Of a stretch of DNA of 64,000 nucleotides, positions 1 through 13,009 are shown piece after piece. The notes under the pieces were generated by a model. That model saw only the letters and a list, made by a program, of their open reading frames with translations, was not told the DNA's origin and did no database searches. A program made the position numbers and the translations under genes. Position 1 is the stretch's first letter, and each line of letters opens with the position of its first letter. Origin of the DNA: Fonticula alba ATCC 38817 (taxonomy: Eukaryota; Protista; Nucleariida); the NCBI GenBank assembly GCA_000388065.2, contig KB932202.1; one strand, written 5' to 3'.

Positions 1-255
1 CTGCCGCCGACCGAGAAGAACTGCTTCACCTCCACGGTGGCGGTCAACTTCGACAAGCACTTCAAGGCCTTCCAAATCATCTCGGAGATCGAGCGCTTCC
101 AGTCGATCCCCTTCGCCTTCCGCACGTGGACCGAGCTGCTGGAGATTCTCCTGTCTCGTTGCGACGCCAGTTTGCTGTTCGACGATAACATGATGTACCA
201 GCAGTCCCTGGTGGCCGAGCCGCGCGCCGCGCGCCGGCCCATCGCCCGGTCCTGA
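1..255 (+). CDS. RasGEF (CDC25-type) domain protein, C-terminal fragment; 5' part lies outside the window
   Basis: Frame 1 is open from base 1: ...VAVNFDKHFKAFQIISEIERFQSIPFAF...MMYQQSLVAEPR..., stop TGA at 253-255. This matches the RasGEF C-terminal pattern INFxK...I.EI..FQ..PY and LY..SL..EPR. Confidence 0.75.
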   Translation: MPPTEKNCFTSTVAVNFDKHFKAFQIISEIERFQSIPFAFRTWTELLEILLSRCDASLLFDDNMMYQQSLVAEPRAARRPIARS

Positions 256-483
256 GAGCCGGGCCAGCGGCGGAGCGCCCTCCCCGCCCCGCCGGCCGGG
301 CGCGTGCCGCGAATACCAGCGATTTTGTTGCCCATGTGACAGCCTGCCAGGAGGGGCAAAGGAGCAAGGGGGGCGGTGGGGTGGGCAGGGCGAGTGCAAT
401 CCCCGGTCGGTGGTGTATTGGGCCAGGGCGTGTGTCTGGAGGGTGCCCCCGGGGCATGGTGGCCCGGGCCGGAGGGGGGCCCT

Positions 484-2638
484 TCAGTAGCCGAACCGGT
501 CGTTGAGGCTGGTTCGGCCGTCGCCGGTTTGCCCGGCGGGTGGCTTCCACCCGGCGCCGGGGGCCCGGCCGCCCACTGTGGCCAGGGGGATGGTCTCGTC
601 CGGGAGGATGTCCGAATCGTCGGGCGGCGGCGGCGGCGGCGGCAGGACCCCAGGCCGCGGGCGCTTCGGCGCGGGCGACGCCTCCTGCGTGTCCTCCGGC
701 CCGGGGCGCTTAGGCCCGGGGGCGACCGGCTTCGGGCCCACTGGCTCCCCGGGGGCGGCCGGCTTCGGGCCCACTGGCTCCCCAGGGGCGGCCGGCGTCG
801 GGACCGTCGGCTCAGGCGCGGCCGGCATCGAGGACGCCGATTCAGGGGCCTTCGGCCCGGCGGCCGCGGCCGGCGCGCGGGCAAATGCGAAGGCCGAAGC
901 CGAGGGAGCCGCCACAGCGAGCAACTTATCAATCTGGACCAGGGCCTGTGGCAGGCGTGGGAGTGGGCGACGAGGGGAGCGGGCAAAAGGGGACGACCAA
1001 ACAGTGGGTCAGACGGGGCCAGCCTGCAAGGGAGGGAGAGAGACACAGGGATGCGAGGCCTTCCCACATACCTCCTCCGCCTGTTGGGACGCTCGCCGGA
1101 TGGCCGGCAGACGTTCGGTCAGCTCGTCCAGACGCAGGCGCGTGACATAGGCATCGATGTCGTCCTGCTTGGTGGCCCGCTGTCGGAGCGCCGCCGCCTC
1201 CGTGGCTGGCAGACCGGCCGTGCGTGTGCCGTCGCAAGTACATTGTCAGCATGCGGATGGGTGGCCCAGGGCCGGGGAGGGAGGAACGCAAGGAGAGAGA
1301 GAGAGAGGGGGAAAGAGAGGGACCACCCCCGGGGCAGGGCAGGAGGCCCACGCACTGATGTCCTGAAGCGCGCAGGCCAAGATCCGCTGGCCCTGCTCCA
1401 CGCGCGCGCGGTCTGCCTGCAGCGACGCCAGCGAATGGACGCCGCGCTCGTCGAACCACACATACCGGTGACTGGCCAGCTGCTCGGCCGAGGCCGGGGC
1501 CGCCCCGCCGGTGGTCGTCTCGTCGGCCGCCGCGTCGCCGTGTGTCCGGTCGAAGAAGTCGTCGCGGTCGCTGCGCCCGGCTCGCGACACCGGGCCCGAC
1601 CGCCGGCCTAGGTGCCCCCGCTTGTGCAGGACCCCCAGATGGAAGAGCTTCCGGCAGGCGTCCAGGATGGCGGACAGCTCGGCGTCGCGCTTTCGCGAGG
1701 CATCGCCCGTGCCATTGACCTCTGCAAGGGCAAGCGGACCAGCGGGCAGGCAGCCCCGTGCACCGGGGGGGGGGGGGGGGGGGGCCCGGCGGGGGCCTGG
1801 GTGCTTGCTTTGCGCCCCGGCGCGCATGCGCACAGAGCCCGATGCACCCACCGGGCCAGGCACAGGCGACCCGAAAGCAGGGGGCCCGGAAGCCACGAAA
1901 AGAAACCCGACACCCGGAGGAACACAAGAAGGAGGACCGGGAAGTGCGCAAACCGGGGACACAAAAGAGGGACAGGCGTCAGCGGCAGCCGGGGAAAGGG
2001 GCAGATAGGAAGGGAGAGAGAGAGAGGGAGAGGGAGAGGGAGAGAGAGAGAGAGAGAGAGAGAAACCAGCCCCCGACCAGCGGAGTTGGCCAAGCACGCA
2101 CGGTCGCCATCGCGATTGTACAGAGGCAGGCTGACGGTGGCGAAGAAGTGCGGCCCGGGGCCGCGCGTGGCCCGGGCGAAGCTGCTGGCCGAGCCCCCGC
2201 GCCGGCCGCCGAAGTCCAGCTCGTCGTCCTCGTCGTCGCGCATGCCGACGCGCCGGCCGCCGCGCTCCTCGACCACCTCCACCTCCATGGCCTCGCCGCG
2301 GGACTCGAACCAGGCCGCCAGGACTCGGCGTGGCTCCGACGCGTACGACGCATCGTCCCGGTCCACCGCCAGCGGCGCATCGGTCATGTCCCCGGCGAAG
2401 TTGTCATCGTGAGCCCGGGGGTCATCCTCGCCATCCTCCTGCTCCTCGGGCCTGCGAAGCGGGTCAGTGCCGGGCCGCATGAAGAGAGCGAGCAAGCGGC
2501 GAGAAGGGCAAAAAGAAAGCAAGAACAGGAGCAGAAGAGAGGGAGGGGGCGGGGCGGGACACAACACAGGCGCCGGCGCCAGTGGGAGGCCAAGCGCACC
2601 GTCGCGATGTGACCATGCCCGAGTCCTTCTTGGAGGGT

Positions 2639-2686
<48 letters not shown>

Positions 2687-3542
2687 GCGGCCAGCAACTC
2701 GCGGCGCTCGGCCGCCTCCAGCCGGTCGGCCGCCTCGTCGGTGGTGTTCAGCACAAAGGTGCGCGTGCTGGCCCCGAAGGCGATCCGGTCGCCGGAGAAT
2801 ACCCGCAGGTGCCGGTGCGGCGAAACGCGCTGCTCATTCAGGAAGGTCCCGTGCGTGCTGCCGAGGTCCACGAGGAAGATCTTGCCTGGGAGGGCCACAC
2901 CAGCCCCGGGCCCCCGGCGGGGGAAGGAGCAAAGCCGGTCAGTCACGCGGCCAGCGGAGGGGAGGCCTCCCCCCCCCCCCCTCTTCCCCGGGGGAGGCGG
3001 GGAGCCGCACCGATGGATCCCGGCCCAAGCACGTACCCGAGCTGCAGAACTGCAGCACCGCATGGTAGCGCGAGATCGACGCATGGGTCTGCACCAGGTC
3101 CGAGTGCGGGATGCGGCCTGTGACCGGGGCCCCCACACCCGACCCCCGGCCCCGGCGCCGACGCCGGCGGGCGCAAGGCGCACCATCAAATGGGTCAGTA
3201 TCGGAGCCCGGCGGAAAAGACCCCGGGCGCGGTGAGGGACCCATGCACGGGAGAAGGCCCGCCCGGCGGGGCACCGCACGCACCGACAACGAAAAAGGCA
3301 TGGCCATGGGCATGGAGGTCCAGCTCCCCGAGCAGCTGGTCCTCCTTGAAGACGTCCAGCGTATACCGGTGGGCCAGCGGCGCCCCGCTGGCCAGCGGGG
3401 TGTACCGCAGGGCCGGCACCCCCTCCGGCGGATTGAAGAAGTCAATGCGCTCGGCGGCCGGAACCGGCGCCGGGGCCGGCTGGGGCGCAGGCTCGCCGCC
3501 AAAGGTCGGCCGGGCAAAGCCGTCATCCGCGTCGTGGCTCAT
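484..3542 (-). CDS. SLC4A1AP: Kanadaptin (SLC4A1AP-like), FHA-domain protein, multi-exon
   Basis: ATG at 3542 (MSHDADDG). FHA motifs GR...HASISRYHAVLQF and IFLVDLGSTHGTFLN. Central SEPRRVLAAWFESRGEAMEVE, AILDACRKL and DDFFDRT. The C-terminus WKPPAGQTGDGRTSLNDRFGY* (stop 484-486) matches the kanadaptin end QSGDGRTHLNDKYGY. Introns have GTGCGT/GTACGT donors. Confidence 0.88.
2641..2685 (-). repeat. (CAG)15 coding repeat, polyQ in kanadaptin
   Basis: 15 perfect CTG units on the + strand, in frame as Q15 just after the FHA domain. Confidence 0.9.
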
Positions 3543-3919
3543 CGGGCAAAGGAGAGGGCCGGCGGGCGGGCGGGCGGGCGGGCGGGCGGGCAAGAGGGAA
3601 GAGAAAGAGGCAGAGAGAGAAGGAGGCAGAGAAGGTCTATCTCGTATGTATTTTCCACTGAGGCAGGGGAAGGCAAAGGGGGTGCCCGGCCTTCAAGGGG
3701 GCAGGCGATCGCGGCCGCCCCCCCCCCGGCACATCCGGCACATCCGGCACATCCGGCCCCCCGAGGCCCGGGGCCAGACACGAGAAGCCCCCGGAGTTGG
3801 AGGCCACAAAAGGAAACCACCAACCAGCGAGAGATCTACCAGCCAGGGCGATCTGGCGCGGCGGGGACAGCCGAGTGCCAACGCTCGCGGCCGGGCGGCG
3901 GGGGGGGGGGGACCAGCGT

Positions 3920-5711
3920 CTAGGGCCTCTCCGCGGGAGCCGCCGGCTGGAAGAAGGAGATCTCCAGCACCGCCAGGCCCAGCTCCATGAAGAGGTGCCC
4001 CCGGAGGTCCGGCCGGGCGAAGAGGTCCGGCCGCGACTTGGCCCCGGGCCGGACCAGAGCCCCGACATAGGCCGCCTGCACGGAGGACGGCTTGAACTCC
4101 GGCGCGTGGAGGGCCTCGCCCGGCGTGGCCGGCTGGGGGACCGCGATCTCCGGGCACCCGGCCCCCGGGTCCAGGAGCCCGGTCGGCGTGAGCCCCTCCA
4201 CATGGGGGGCCGCCGGCTCGGTCGGGTCCCGCGAGTAGAAGACCTCCGGCAGGAGGAAGACCGGCGCCTCGGCCGGCTTGGCCGTGGCGGCCAGCACCTG
4301 CTGGAAGCCCGGCGCTATGGGGCCCAAGCGGACGGCGGTCAGCGAGCGGCACACGGCCAGACGCCCACCCGGCAGGCAGCAGGGGAAGGACGGCGACGGC
4401 GGCGGGAGGCGGGGCAGCAGGCGCACCGATATTTGAAAGGGAAAAAATGAGCAGGGCACCGGACACCGGTGGCCTGATGGGGCAGCCGGCGGCGCAGGCG
4501 CCAGGCCCGCCGGGGCCCGGCCCGGCGCACTGCCCGTCGGCGCAGATCCCCAGCGTCCCGAGCGCCTCCAGGAGGGCCACCCCGGCCAGGGCGCCGAGCT
4601 CTGGCCGTGCGCGCGCACGCGTGCAGAGACAGGGGCGGGAGTGGAGCACGGGTCAGGGAGCGGGCGAAGGAAGGGAGAGCAGAAGGAGAGGAGCGGGGGG
4701 GGCAGGGGACGCGACAGTGTCCGCGCAAGGGGCGCGGCCCAGGCCACTGGCACGCACTCAGAGTCCGCAGGTCCAGCAGCACGGACACCGGCTGCAGGCA
4801 GACCCCCGGCCGGTCGGCCGGGCAGTGCCGACAAATGGCCGCCCACTTGCAGGGCAGGAGGGTCACTCGCTTGACGATGCTGCTGGCGCAGGGGCCGGCG
4901 GCCTTGCCGACCGGGCCGGCCCGCTGCAGCAGCAATTGGTCCAGGCGCTCCAGATACGGCAGGACATTGGCCTGGGTGGTGCTCAGCACGGAGCTGATGG
5001 ACGCCGGCAGCCGGGGATACCCGGGCCGGCCGGCCAGCGTCCCCTCAAAGGGACAATTGTCCGCCTCCACCAGGCGGTCCGTCAGGCGAGCGGTGAACAC
5101 ACCGGCCGTGGGCTGGCACTTCCAGCCTGGAGTTGCACCCGGCACCGGCAGGGGGTAGGGGGGGGGGGGGGGGCAGGAGGCCACAGCGTGGCAAGTGGAA
5201 ACCCAGCGACGGACGGATTAGCGACGCCAAATGATCGGGCGAAGGGCCGGCAGCAGGAGGAGCAGGAGGAGCAGGAGGAGCAGGAGGAGGGGCGGAACCC
5301 CGGGCGCACCGATAATCGGGATGTCCACGGCGAAGTGGCCCCCCACGCCGGCAGCCAGCAGGGCATCCACATCGCCGCCGGCCCCGGGCCATGCGGTCGC
5401 CAGCCACCACAGGGCACAGGCCCAGGCCACCGGGAGCCCCGGGTCGGCGGCCAGCGAGTCGGGCAGCGGATGCACCTCGGACGCATGGCCGCCCTTGGCC
5501 GCCGGCCGCACGAGCAGCAGCCCGGCATCGCAGCGCAGGGCGCACGTCGGCAGCACCGGCTACCAGGGCGAGGGCCGGTTCGAAAGCGTGAGCCGGCATG
5601 GTCAGAAGCGCCGGGCCGCCACCAGAGCAAAGACATGTCAAAGGGAGCAGGAAAGCCGCACGAAGACCGGGCCATGCACAGCACAGGACAACACACACAC
5701 ACACACACACA

Positions 5712-5748
<37 letters not shown>

Positions 5749-6217
5749 ACACACACGCGTACCTGACGGCCGATCAAGCGGCCAACACGCTCGGCGCACA
5801 TGCCTACCAAGTCCGGCCAGGCGGCCAAGGCCCCGGAGCAGCCAGCACCCGGCGCCAGGCTCACCGCACACGCGGCCCGCATGACCTCCACCCCGGCAAG
5901 CAGGTCCGGCGGCGACTCGGCCAGTAGGCTGGCCAGCTGCTGCAGGGGCTTTCGCGGCAGGGTAAACTCCAAGCGCCAGCCGAAGGTCGCGCCCACGCTC
6001 ACCAGCAGCGCAATCGTCAGACCAGGAGCCGGTGGCGCCGGTTCGGGCTCTGGCTCCGGCTCCGGCTGCAACCGCGACAACGATCCAGGCCGAGACTGCG
6101 ACTGAGACTGCGACTGCGACTGCGACTGCGACTGCGACTGCGACTGCGACTGCGACTGCGACTGAGAGTGTAACTGCGACTGAGAGTGCAACTGCGACTG
6201 AGAGTGCAACTGCGACT

Positions 6218-6258
<41 letters not shown>

Positions 6259-6501
6259 TGCGGCCGTGAGTCCGGGATTCGGCCCAGTGGAGCTGGAGAG
6301 GGAGCCGGCAGGGGGGAGCATGCTCCCGGAGCCAAAGAGGCATGCCTTGCCCTGGCGGCCAAAACACGACGCGAGGACACCCGGCGCCGGGAGACAACCC
6401 CCCCGGTAACGAGGTCCATGTAGGTTGGATGGGGCTTCGCCGGGTCATTGGCCACGCCCGGGCCGGCACCTCGGGCCCTGTCTACCGGGGCATCATGGAC
6501 C

Positions 6502-6537
<36 letters not shown>

Positions 6538-8863
6538 GGGGCGGCCTTCTTCGGGCGCGGCGAATTGCACCTCTTGGCCGGCTCCGACACATGCCCGGCG
6601 TCCTGCCCCAAGCTGCCAGACAGAGCCACGTCGGCGGCTTCCCCCCGGTGGCGATCGATGCCCGGGCTGGCCGTGGCCTCGGTGTCGAAGAGCGCCCGCG
6701 GGCCGGACCCGGCCGTGCGCCGGCGCTTGGAGGTCGTCGAGGGCGAGCCATCCAACAGGTCGCCCTGCTGCCGGCGCCGGCCGCCGGGCGTCAGCGGTTC
6801 CGGCGAGGCCCCTGCATGGGGGGATCCCACGGCGCGATGCCGGCGGCCGTCCACCGAGCCGGGGCCCGACTGCGACCCCTGGCTCGGGGAACGGGGCCCC
6901 CGCCGCCGGGGGGTCTCGTGCTGCGTGGCGGCCGCCCGCGAGGCTGCCCGCCTGGAGGGCGTGCCGCCGGAGTGCGCGAACAGGGCCCGCACGGCCTCGC
7001 CCTGGCGCAAGCGCCCGGCCCCACGCAGATCCCGGAACTCCTGGGCCGCCACCCCGGGCTCGAACTCGATCTCCTCGTCCTCCACGACAAAGCCGTCGCC
7101 CGTGTCATAGTGGTCGGTGCCGAGCAAGCCAAAGGCCTCGCCCTCGGCCTCGACCTCCGGCTCCTCCTCCTCCTCCTCCACCAGCTCCTCCTCCATGAGA
7201 ACGCCGCCGCCGCCGCCGCCGCCGCCGAGGGTGCTGCCACTGGCCGGGAGGCCCGCAGGCCATATGCGTGTGCGCTGGCTCGACGACCGGCCCAAGGGCG
7301 ACCGAATGCGCCCCGAGCCCACTTTGCCGGACCTCGACGACGGTGATGGCGATGGCGATGGCGACGGCGACGACGACGGCGACGAAGCCAGCCCCGCAGA
7401 ACCCAACGGGGCGGTGGACAGGGAGGCCGCTCGCGTGGGCGCCCCCCCACGCGGAGGGGTCCTGCCGGGCGTGCGCCACGGGCTGGCCGACAGCCCCGGC
7501 GAGGAGCCTGACAACGGCACCCCCGGGGCCCCGGGCGAGGCCCCGGCCAGCGGACCTGCCAGGGCCCCGGACGACAAGCCCGGAGACAGACGAGCCAAGG
7601 AAGCCGCCGGCACGCCAAGTGCCGGCCCCGCCGCCGGGCTGGCGACAGAGCCCGGCGAGGCCACCCCGGAGCTCGACGGGCTCGCCGTGCACACCGGCTC
7701 CGACATGACCCAGTCCCGGATGGAGCGCACCGGGCCAGGGGTCGCCGGGCTGGCGGCCCCGGGACGGATGCGCGCCAGGCGCCGGGCCGCTGCTCGGGAA
7801 AGCAGCGTCTCCGGCATCGGGAACCCGGCCTCCCGCAGGAATGCCCCCATGCCGGGCAGCGACGTCACATACCGGAAGCCGGCCGCCAGGTCCCGCTGCG
7901 GCCGGCCGCCAACCGGCATCTGCACATTGACACGATGGTGCAAGCGCCTCAGCGCTGCCGCCTCCTTTTCCGGCAGCGAGGCCTCGGCCCCCGGCATTCC
8001 CAGGGAGCACAGCTTGTTGCGCAGGTCGCGCTGCGCATGCAGCACCAGCAGCTCGACGACCCCGAACTGCGACACCCGCTGCGCCTGCTCGAGTGCCTGC
8101 TCGAAGCAGGCCTCAATCTGGGTGATGGACTGCACGGGCCAGGCCGGCATCGGACCGGGGGTCCGGGGAAAGATCCACCATCGGTTAGCCAAGCATGTAC
8201 ATGTGTCCCGCCGCGTGCCACGCCCCGGGACAGGGGGACAGCGGGCGAAAAGACATGCGGCCCCGGGGGAGGGAGAGAGAGGGAGAGAGAGAGAGAGAGA
8301 GAGAGAGCGCGCACCACATCGGCCATGCCCATGCACTGCAAGCGCAAGAGTTCCAGGGTCAGGCGGAAGTCCGCGGACCCATCGCAATCGCTCGTCCAGA
8401 AGGAGGGAAAATGCGGCGCATGCAGAGCCAGGGCCTGATGGCGCCACCGCAGGCGGGTCTCCGGCTGCGCGATATTCACCACCCCCTGCTGCCCTGCGCC
8501 CTGGCCGGTGGCCCCGGCGAACAGCATCACCCGGTCCAGGTGCCCGAGCGCCGTGGCGGCCTGGGGCCCGGAAAGCCCGGCCGATGGCGCCGACAGCAGC
8601 ACACACCCGGCCAGCCACTCCAGACGCAGGCGCTCCGCGCCATTGGGGTTGATCTCGTCCACCAGCTGGGAAAATTGCTGGGCCAGGGCGTCCGTGTGGC
8701 AGAAAAAGAGCATGCTTGTGCTCCCGCCGGCGCGCATGCCGGCCAATCGGCGCTGCGCCACGTCTCGGCGGATCAGCTGTACCAGGAGGCTGATGTCGGA
8801 CACGCACTCGGCCGCCGTGGCCAGGAGCTCGCTGGCGGCATCCACGCGCCCCAGGAGGCTACG

Positions 8864-8914
<51 letters not shown>

Positions 8915-11900
8915 AGCGACAGGGGCGGGGTGGGGGTCAGCGTCGTGTTGGGCGATCGTCGGGCCGGCTTGTGCGGGTGGCGTCCAACGGCGCAGGCAGG
9001 CCACCCAGGGAGGGCACCCTCCTGCCCCCCCCCCCCCGGCCAGGCCCATCGGTGACATGGGCCATGGGTCGCGGCCGCATCCTGCCCATGCCCGCGAAGA
9101 GAGGGCCGCAGGCAACACGGCCGCCGGCACAGCATCCCGAGCACACACGGCACACATACAGAAAGAGAGAAAGAGAAGAAAGGCGAGAAGGGATGGAATA
9201 GAACGCGCAAGGCCACGGGCAAAAGACACCCAGCAAACGGCCACCCAGCCGGATGGGCACCAACACACGCACCACAGACACTCCAAGTACTGCATCACCG
9301 CGTCGAAACGGCTGCGCAGGGTCTTGCCCAGGATCAGCGCATCCGAGGGGGCCGGCGTGCGGGCATGCGTCTCGGCCGTTCGCGGCCCATGAAGCCAGTC
9401 CAGATGCCCGCCAACCGAGCTGTCCCGCAGGTATGCCTGGCACGAATGCAGCCGCCGGCTCAGAGGCCGGAGCTCGCGCACCAGCAGATGGCGGCTCATC
9501 ACATGGCGCCAGTGGATTTCCAGCCCCGGCACCAGATCCCCGAGGGCCACCAGCACCGGCACCGGCCACACCAGCAGCCGGGCCCTGTCGGCCGGGCCCA
9601 AGGCCAGCCCGCCATCCCGCCCGCCGAGGCGCTGCCCGGACAGCACGCCATCCAGATACTCGTCCAGCGGCCCGGGCCGCGGGCTGGCCGCCGCATCAAG
9701 CTCCGCCCAGTGGAGACGCACATTGTGCGAGGCCAGGGCCGCGCGCAGGGCCGTGGCCGGCACGGCCGGCGCCGGCTCACCGGCCGGCAGCAAAAAGGCC
9801 CCCTGCTCCTCGAGGAAGGTGCTCAGCTGGGCAAACCCCTCGGCCGGGAGGCCGAAGAAAAACCGGTGCGCCAGGGCGGCCAGCTGCCCGGCACTCAGGC
9901 ACACCCGCATCGGCGCCTGGGTGCCGGCTCGAGAGCTGGCCCCGCCGGTCGGCGTGCCGGGCCCCGGCCGTGTGCCCGCTCGCCGGTGCAGCGGGTACAC
10001 CGTGTGCCACAGGTATGGCAGGCTGCCGAACTTGGATGTCCCGAGGGTGGCCTCCTCGAAGAAGTACGACAAGAAACACAGGACCATCCCCTGGCCGAAG
10101 GTCAGCCATGCCAGCGCCTCGGCCGTTGCATCCACGCGCGCCAGAACCGTTGCTGGGGTAAAGATCGTCAGAAAGGTGTACATCGCCATGTGCGTGCGTG
10201 CGTGCGCATGGTTGCTTGGCAGGGGGAGCCCGGGGAAAAGCACGAGTGGGGGACTGAAAGGGGAAGAGACGGCAGGCTGGGGCAGAACGAACCGATATCG
10301 CGAACAAAAAACAGGATGTCATCGATGCTGCCGCGCGCCCGGGCCAGGGCCAGGGCATGCAAAAGGAACTGCCGGCCACCGTGGTGTAAGTGTGCTGTGG
10401 GAGATGCGTGCATGTGCGTATGCGTGCGGTCCCCATGTGCGCCGGTGTGCCGGTGCGCCCCGGGAAATGGCACACCCTCGGCCCGAAGAGGGAGAAAAAA
10501 AAGCAGACCCAAATCAACACCAAGCCCGGCCCGGTCCGGCCCGGCCCGGCACACGTACCACAAGGATGCTGCGCACATCCTGCTCCTGGTTCAGGGCCCG
10601 GCTGAGACTGAGGCACGCCAGCTGCTCCGCATGGAGGACATACCGCCGGGTGAGCCCGGGCGCGGTGTCGGCTTCCAGGGCCCCGGGGCCGGCATGGCGC
10701 GCACCGGCCGTGCACTGCAGCGCCCGCGCAAAGATGACCAGCGCACCGGCCGGGTTGTTCGTGATCAGGTGGCTCCAGCCGATGGAACAGGAATACACCG
10801 CCTGCAGGCTGACCAGCAGGTCCGGCGACAGAGCATGCCTGCCCGCGCCACCCGGCTCATTCAGCTGCTGGGTGATGATCTTCAACGCGCGAACCCCGTG
10901 AAAGACCGTCTTTTGCTTGACCTCGCGAAAGTGCTGGCTCCCCAGCCGGCGCTCGGCCCCCGGCATGATGGCCATGCACTGGAACACCTGGCCCAGGGCA
11001 AAGTGCGCCAGGTGCTGCAGCTCAATCCGCGATGCCCCGGTGAAGCACCGCCGAAAGGGCTGGTGGCGACTGGTCACCGGGTCGGCTGCCGCCGGGGTCG
11101 AGATCACCCGCCGGAGGGTGCGCTCGGCCTCGGGAAATTGGCCGGCCCTGCGGTCCGGCCCCATGCCACCGGCGGGGTCGGGCGAAGGAAGGCCCGAAAG
11201 TGCCCATACACACATGCATGCCACCGACAGCCGGTGACAATGGTCATGGCAGCCATGTCAACACACTTGCACCAGGGAGAGCACCGGCAGGATGGGAGGA
11301 GGGCAACCGGAAGCCAGTTGGCAAGGGTCGCACAAAAAAAAATACCTCCCCCACGCCCCGAGCAACCACGGGCACCGGCGACGGCCCGGCACCGACACGC
11401 ACCGGAATTGCAGGAGCCCCAGGGTGATCTCGGTCAGATAAATTTCCCACATGGCCGCCTGCGGCTTGGCCAGGTCGCCCGGGTCGAGGCCGGCCGGCGG
11501 CCCGGCCGCACACCGACACGGGCTGGCGCAGGCCCCACAAAAGCGCAAATGCGAGAAGTCCGGCGACAGGGCCTCGGCCCCCGGGCCAACCTGGTGGTCC
11601 GGCACCAGGTCCATGTCCCAGGCGGCGGCCGGCGTGGGCCCCACCGCCGCCCGGGACCCGGGCATGTGGCATGCGCCGCAGGCGCCATCCCCGCCCGCCG
11701 GCCGGCATGCACACCGCCAGCCCTGGCAGTCGGCCAGGCCCCGGAACAGGCACGATCGCGCGGCCCGGGTGAACAGCAGCGCCGCATCCAGGTCCTCTGA
11801 CAGGGAGAGCCCCGACAGGGGGGTGACAAGTCAGCTCACAGCAAAAAAAAAACGCCAGGCGGAGCACGCGATCCGAGAAGGGGGGGGGGCTGTTGCCCCG

Positions 11901-12447
11901 CCCGCCTCGACGCACTCGAATCGAATGCCAAGAACGCCAACACCAGCAGCGTATCCGCCGCATCGGGCCACGCCCGATCGGCCAGGCAAATGGGGAAGTA
12001 GGCCAGCTTGACCGCCACCGCCGATGCCGTCAGCGAGTCCACCAGGGGAAAGGCATCCGCATGGGCCAGCCCCGGCACGCCCAGGTGCGAGGCCAGCCCG
12101 CCCGCCGGGCCTGGCTCGCCGACGGGGAGAACTTGCGGAATCCCCCGCCCGCCGGACCGGCCATCCACCGCCTGGCCAGTTTGAGAGAAGGGGTTGAAGC
12201 GCGTGACCGGGTGAAAGCCCGACGGTCGGTACTTCTCGATGTCGCTGCCGAAGGTTGTCAGCAGCATGTCCACCAGCCACACCTCCCGCGGGACCTCGTC
12301 CAGGGTGGAGAAGGCCCCGAGGAGGGTCTTCTGCTCGATTGAGAGGCGCCGCTGGCTGTCGGCCTCCGCCTCGCGCCAGGTGTTCACCCGCTCGGACCAG
12401 CGAACCACCTGGGCAACCACCGCCGCCGCCACGCTTGGGAGGGACAT
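3920..12447 (-). CDS. Large multi-exon protein: TPR-like helical N-terminus, long low-complexity/acidic middle, possible UBL-like region; candidate divergent Tonsoku/TONSL-like protein
   Basis: A chain of GC3-rich exons links ORFs 11836-12447, 11258-11665, 10514-11224, 7949-10243, 5082-8807, 5218-5556, 4339-5184 and 3920-4846 through GTGCGT/GTACGC...AG introns. TPR-like segments include QHLAHFALGQVF and YSCSIGWSHLITNNPAGALVIFARALQC. Coding status is well supported; family assignment is weak. Confidence 0.6.
6090..6260 (-). repeat. Coding SP/SQ dipeptide tract including three SQLHSQ-type 18-nt units
   Basis: + strand arrays (gactgc)n, ctgagagtgcaactgcga and (gacggc)n translate on - as SPSPSP...SQSQLHSQSQLHSQSQLHSQSQSQ... 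Confidence 0.85.
8862..8914. repeat. Intronic (GTGC/GCAC)n tetranucleotide microsatellite; similar arrays near 15673-15703, 43985-44032 and 56958-56990
   Basis: Directly visible tandem GTGC (+) = GCAC (sense) units. Confidence 0.85.
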
Positions 12448-13009
12448 CTCGTCAGGGGGGGGGGGGGGGGATCGGAGAGCCAGAGGGGCCCGGGCGCGGA
12501 GAGGGGAGGAAAGACGCGGAGGAGGGAGGCAGGGGGGGGGGGGGAGGGAGGGAGAGGCTCGGCCTCAGGGGAGGGGCGCGGAGAAAGCCGCGAGGGGAGA
12601 TCGGCGCGAGGCGCGAGCGAGGAAGGGTGTCGCGAGCAGGAAACAAGAGGGAGAGGCGGTGCGGAGGCGTGTGTGGGGGAGGGTGTGGCGGCCCGCGTGA
12701 ACGCGACCATGCCCGCTTGTGGGTTGACACCGCCGGGGTGTTCCCGGCGGCGGCCCCGGCCTCCCCCTGGTGGATGCCGGACGTCGCACGCAGATCGTCC
12801 AGGCGTGCCGCCGGTCGTGGGCATCGGGGGGGGGGGCGGGGGGGGCACGGCCACGGACCGGCGCGCCACCCGAGAACACGCTAGCCCCCGACTGAGGGGC
12901 GGCGGCCGATCGATTTTAAATAAAAACCGTGTGGCCGCCGCCGAATCACGTTGGTGGTCAGCTCTATTTTGATTTCGCCCCCCCCCCCCCTACACAGCTT
13001 CAGCTCCGG

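Noticed and set aside
5218-5330. Poly-Leu stretch suggesting a transmembrane helix at the end of ORF 5218-5556
   Set aside because: It lies after a GTGCGC donor, inside a (CCTCCTGCT)n pyrimidine-rich intron.
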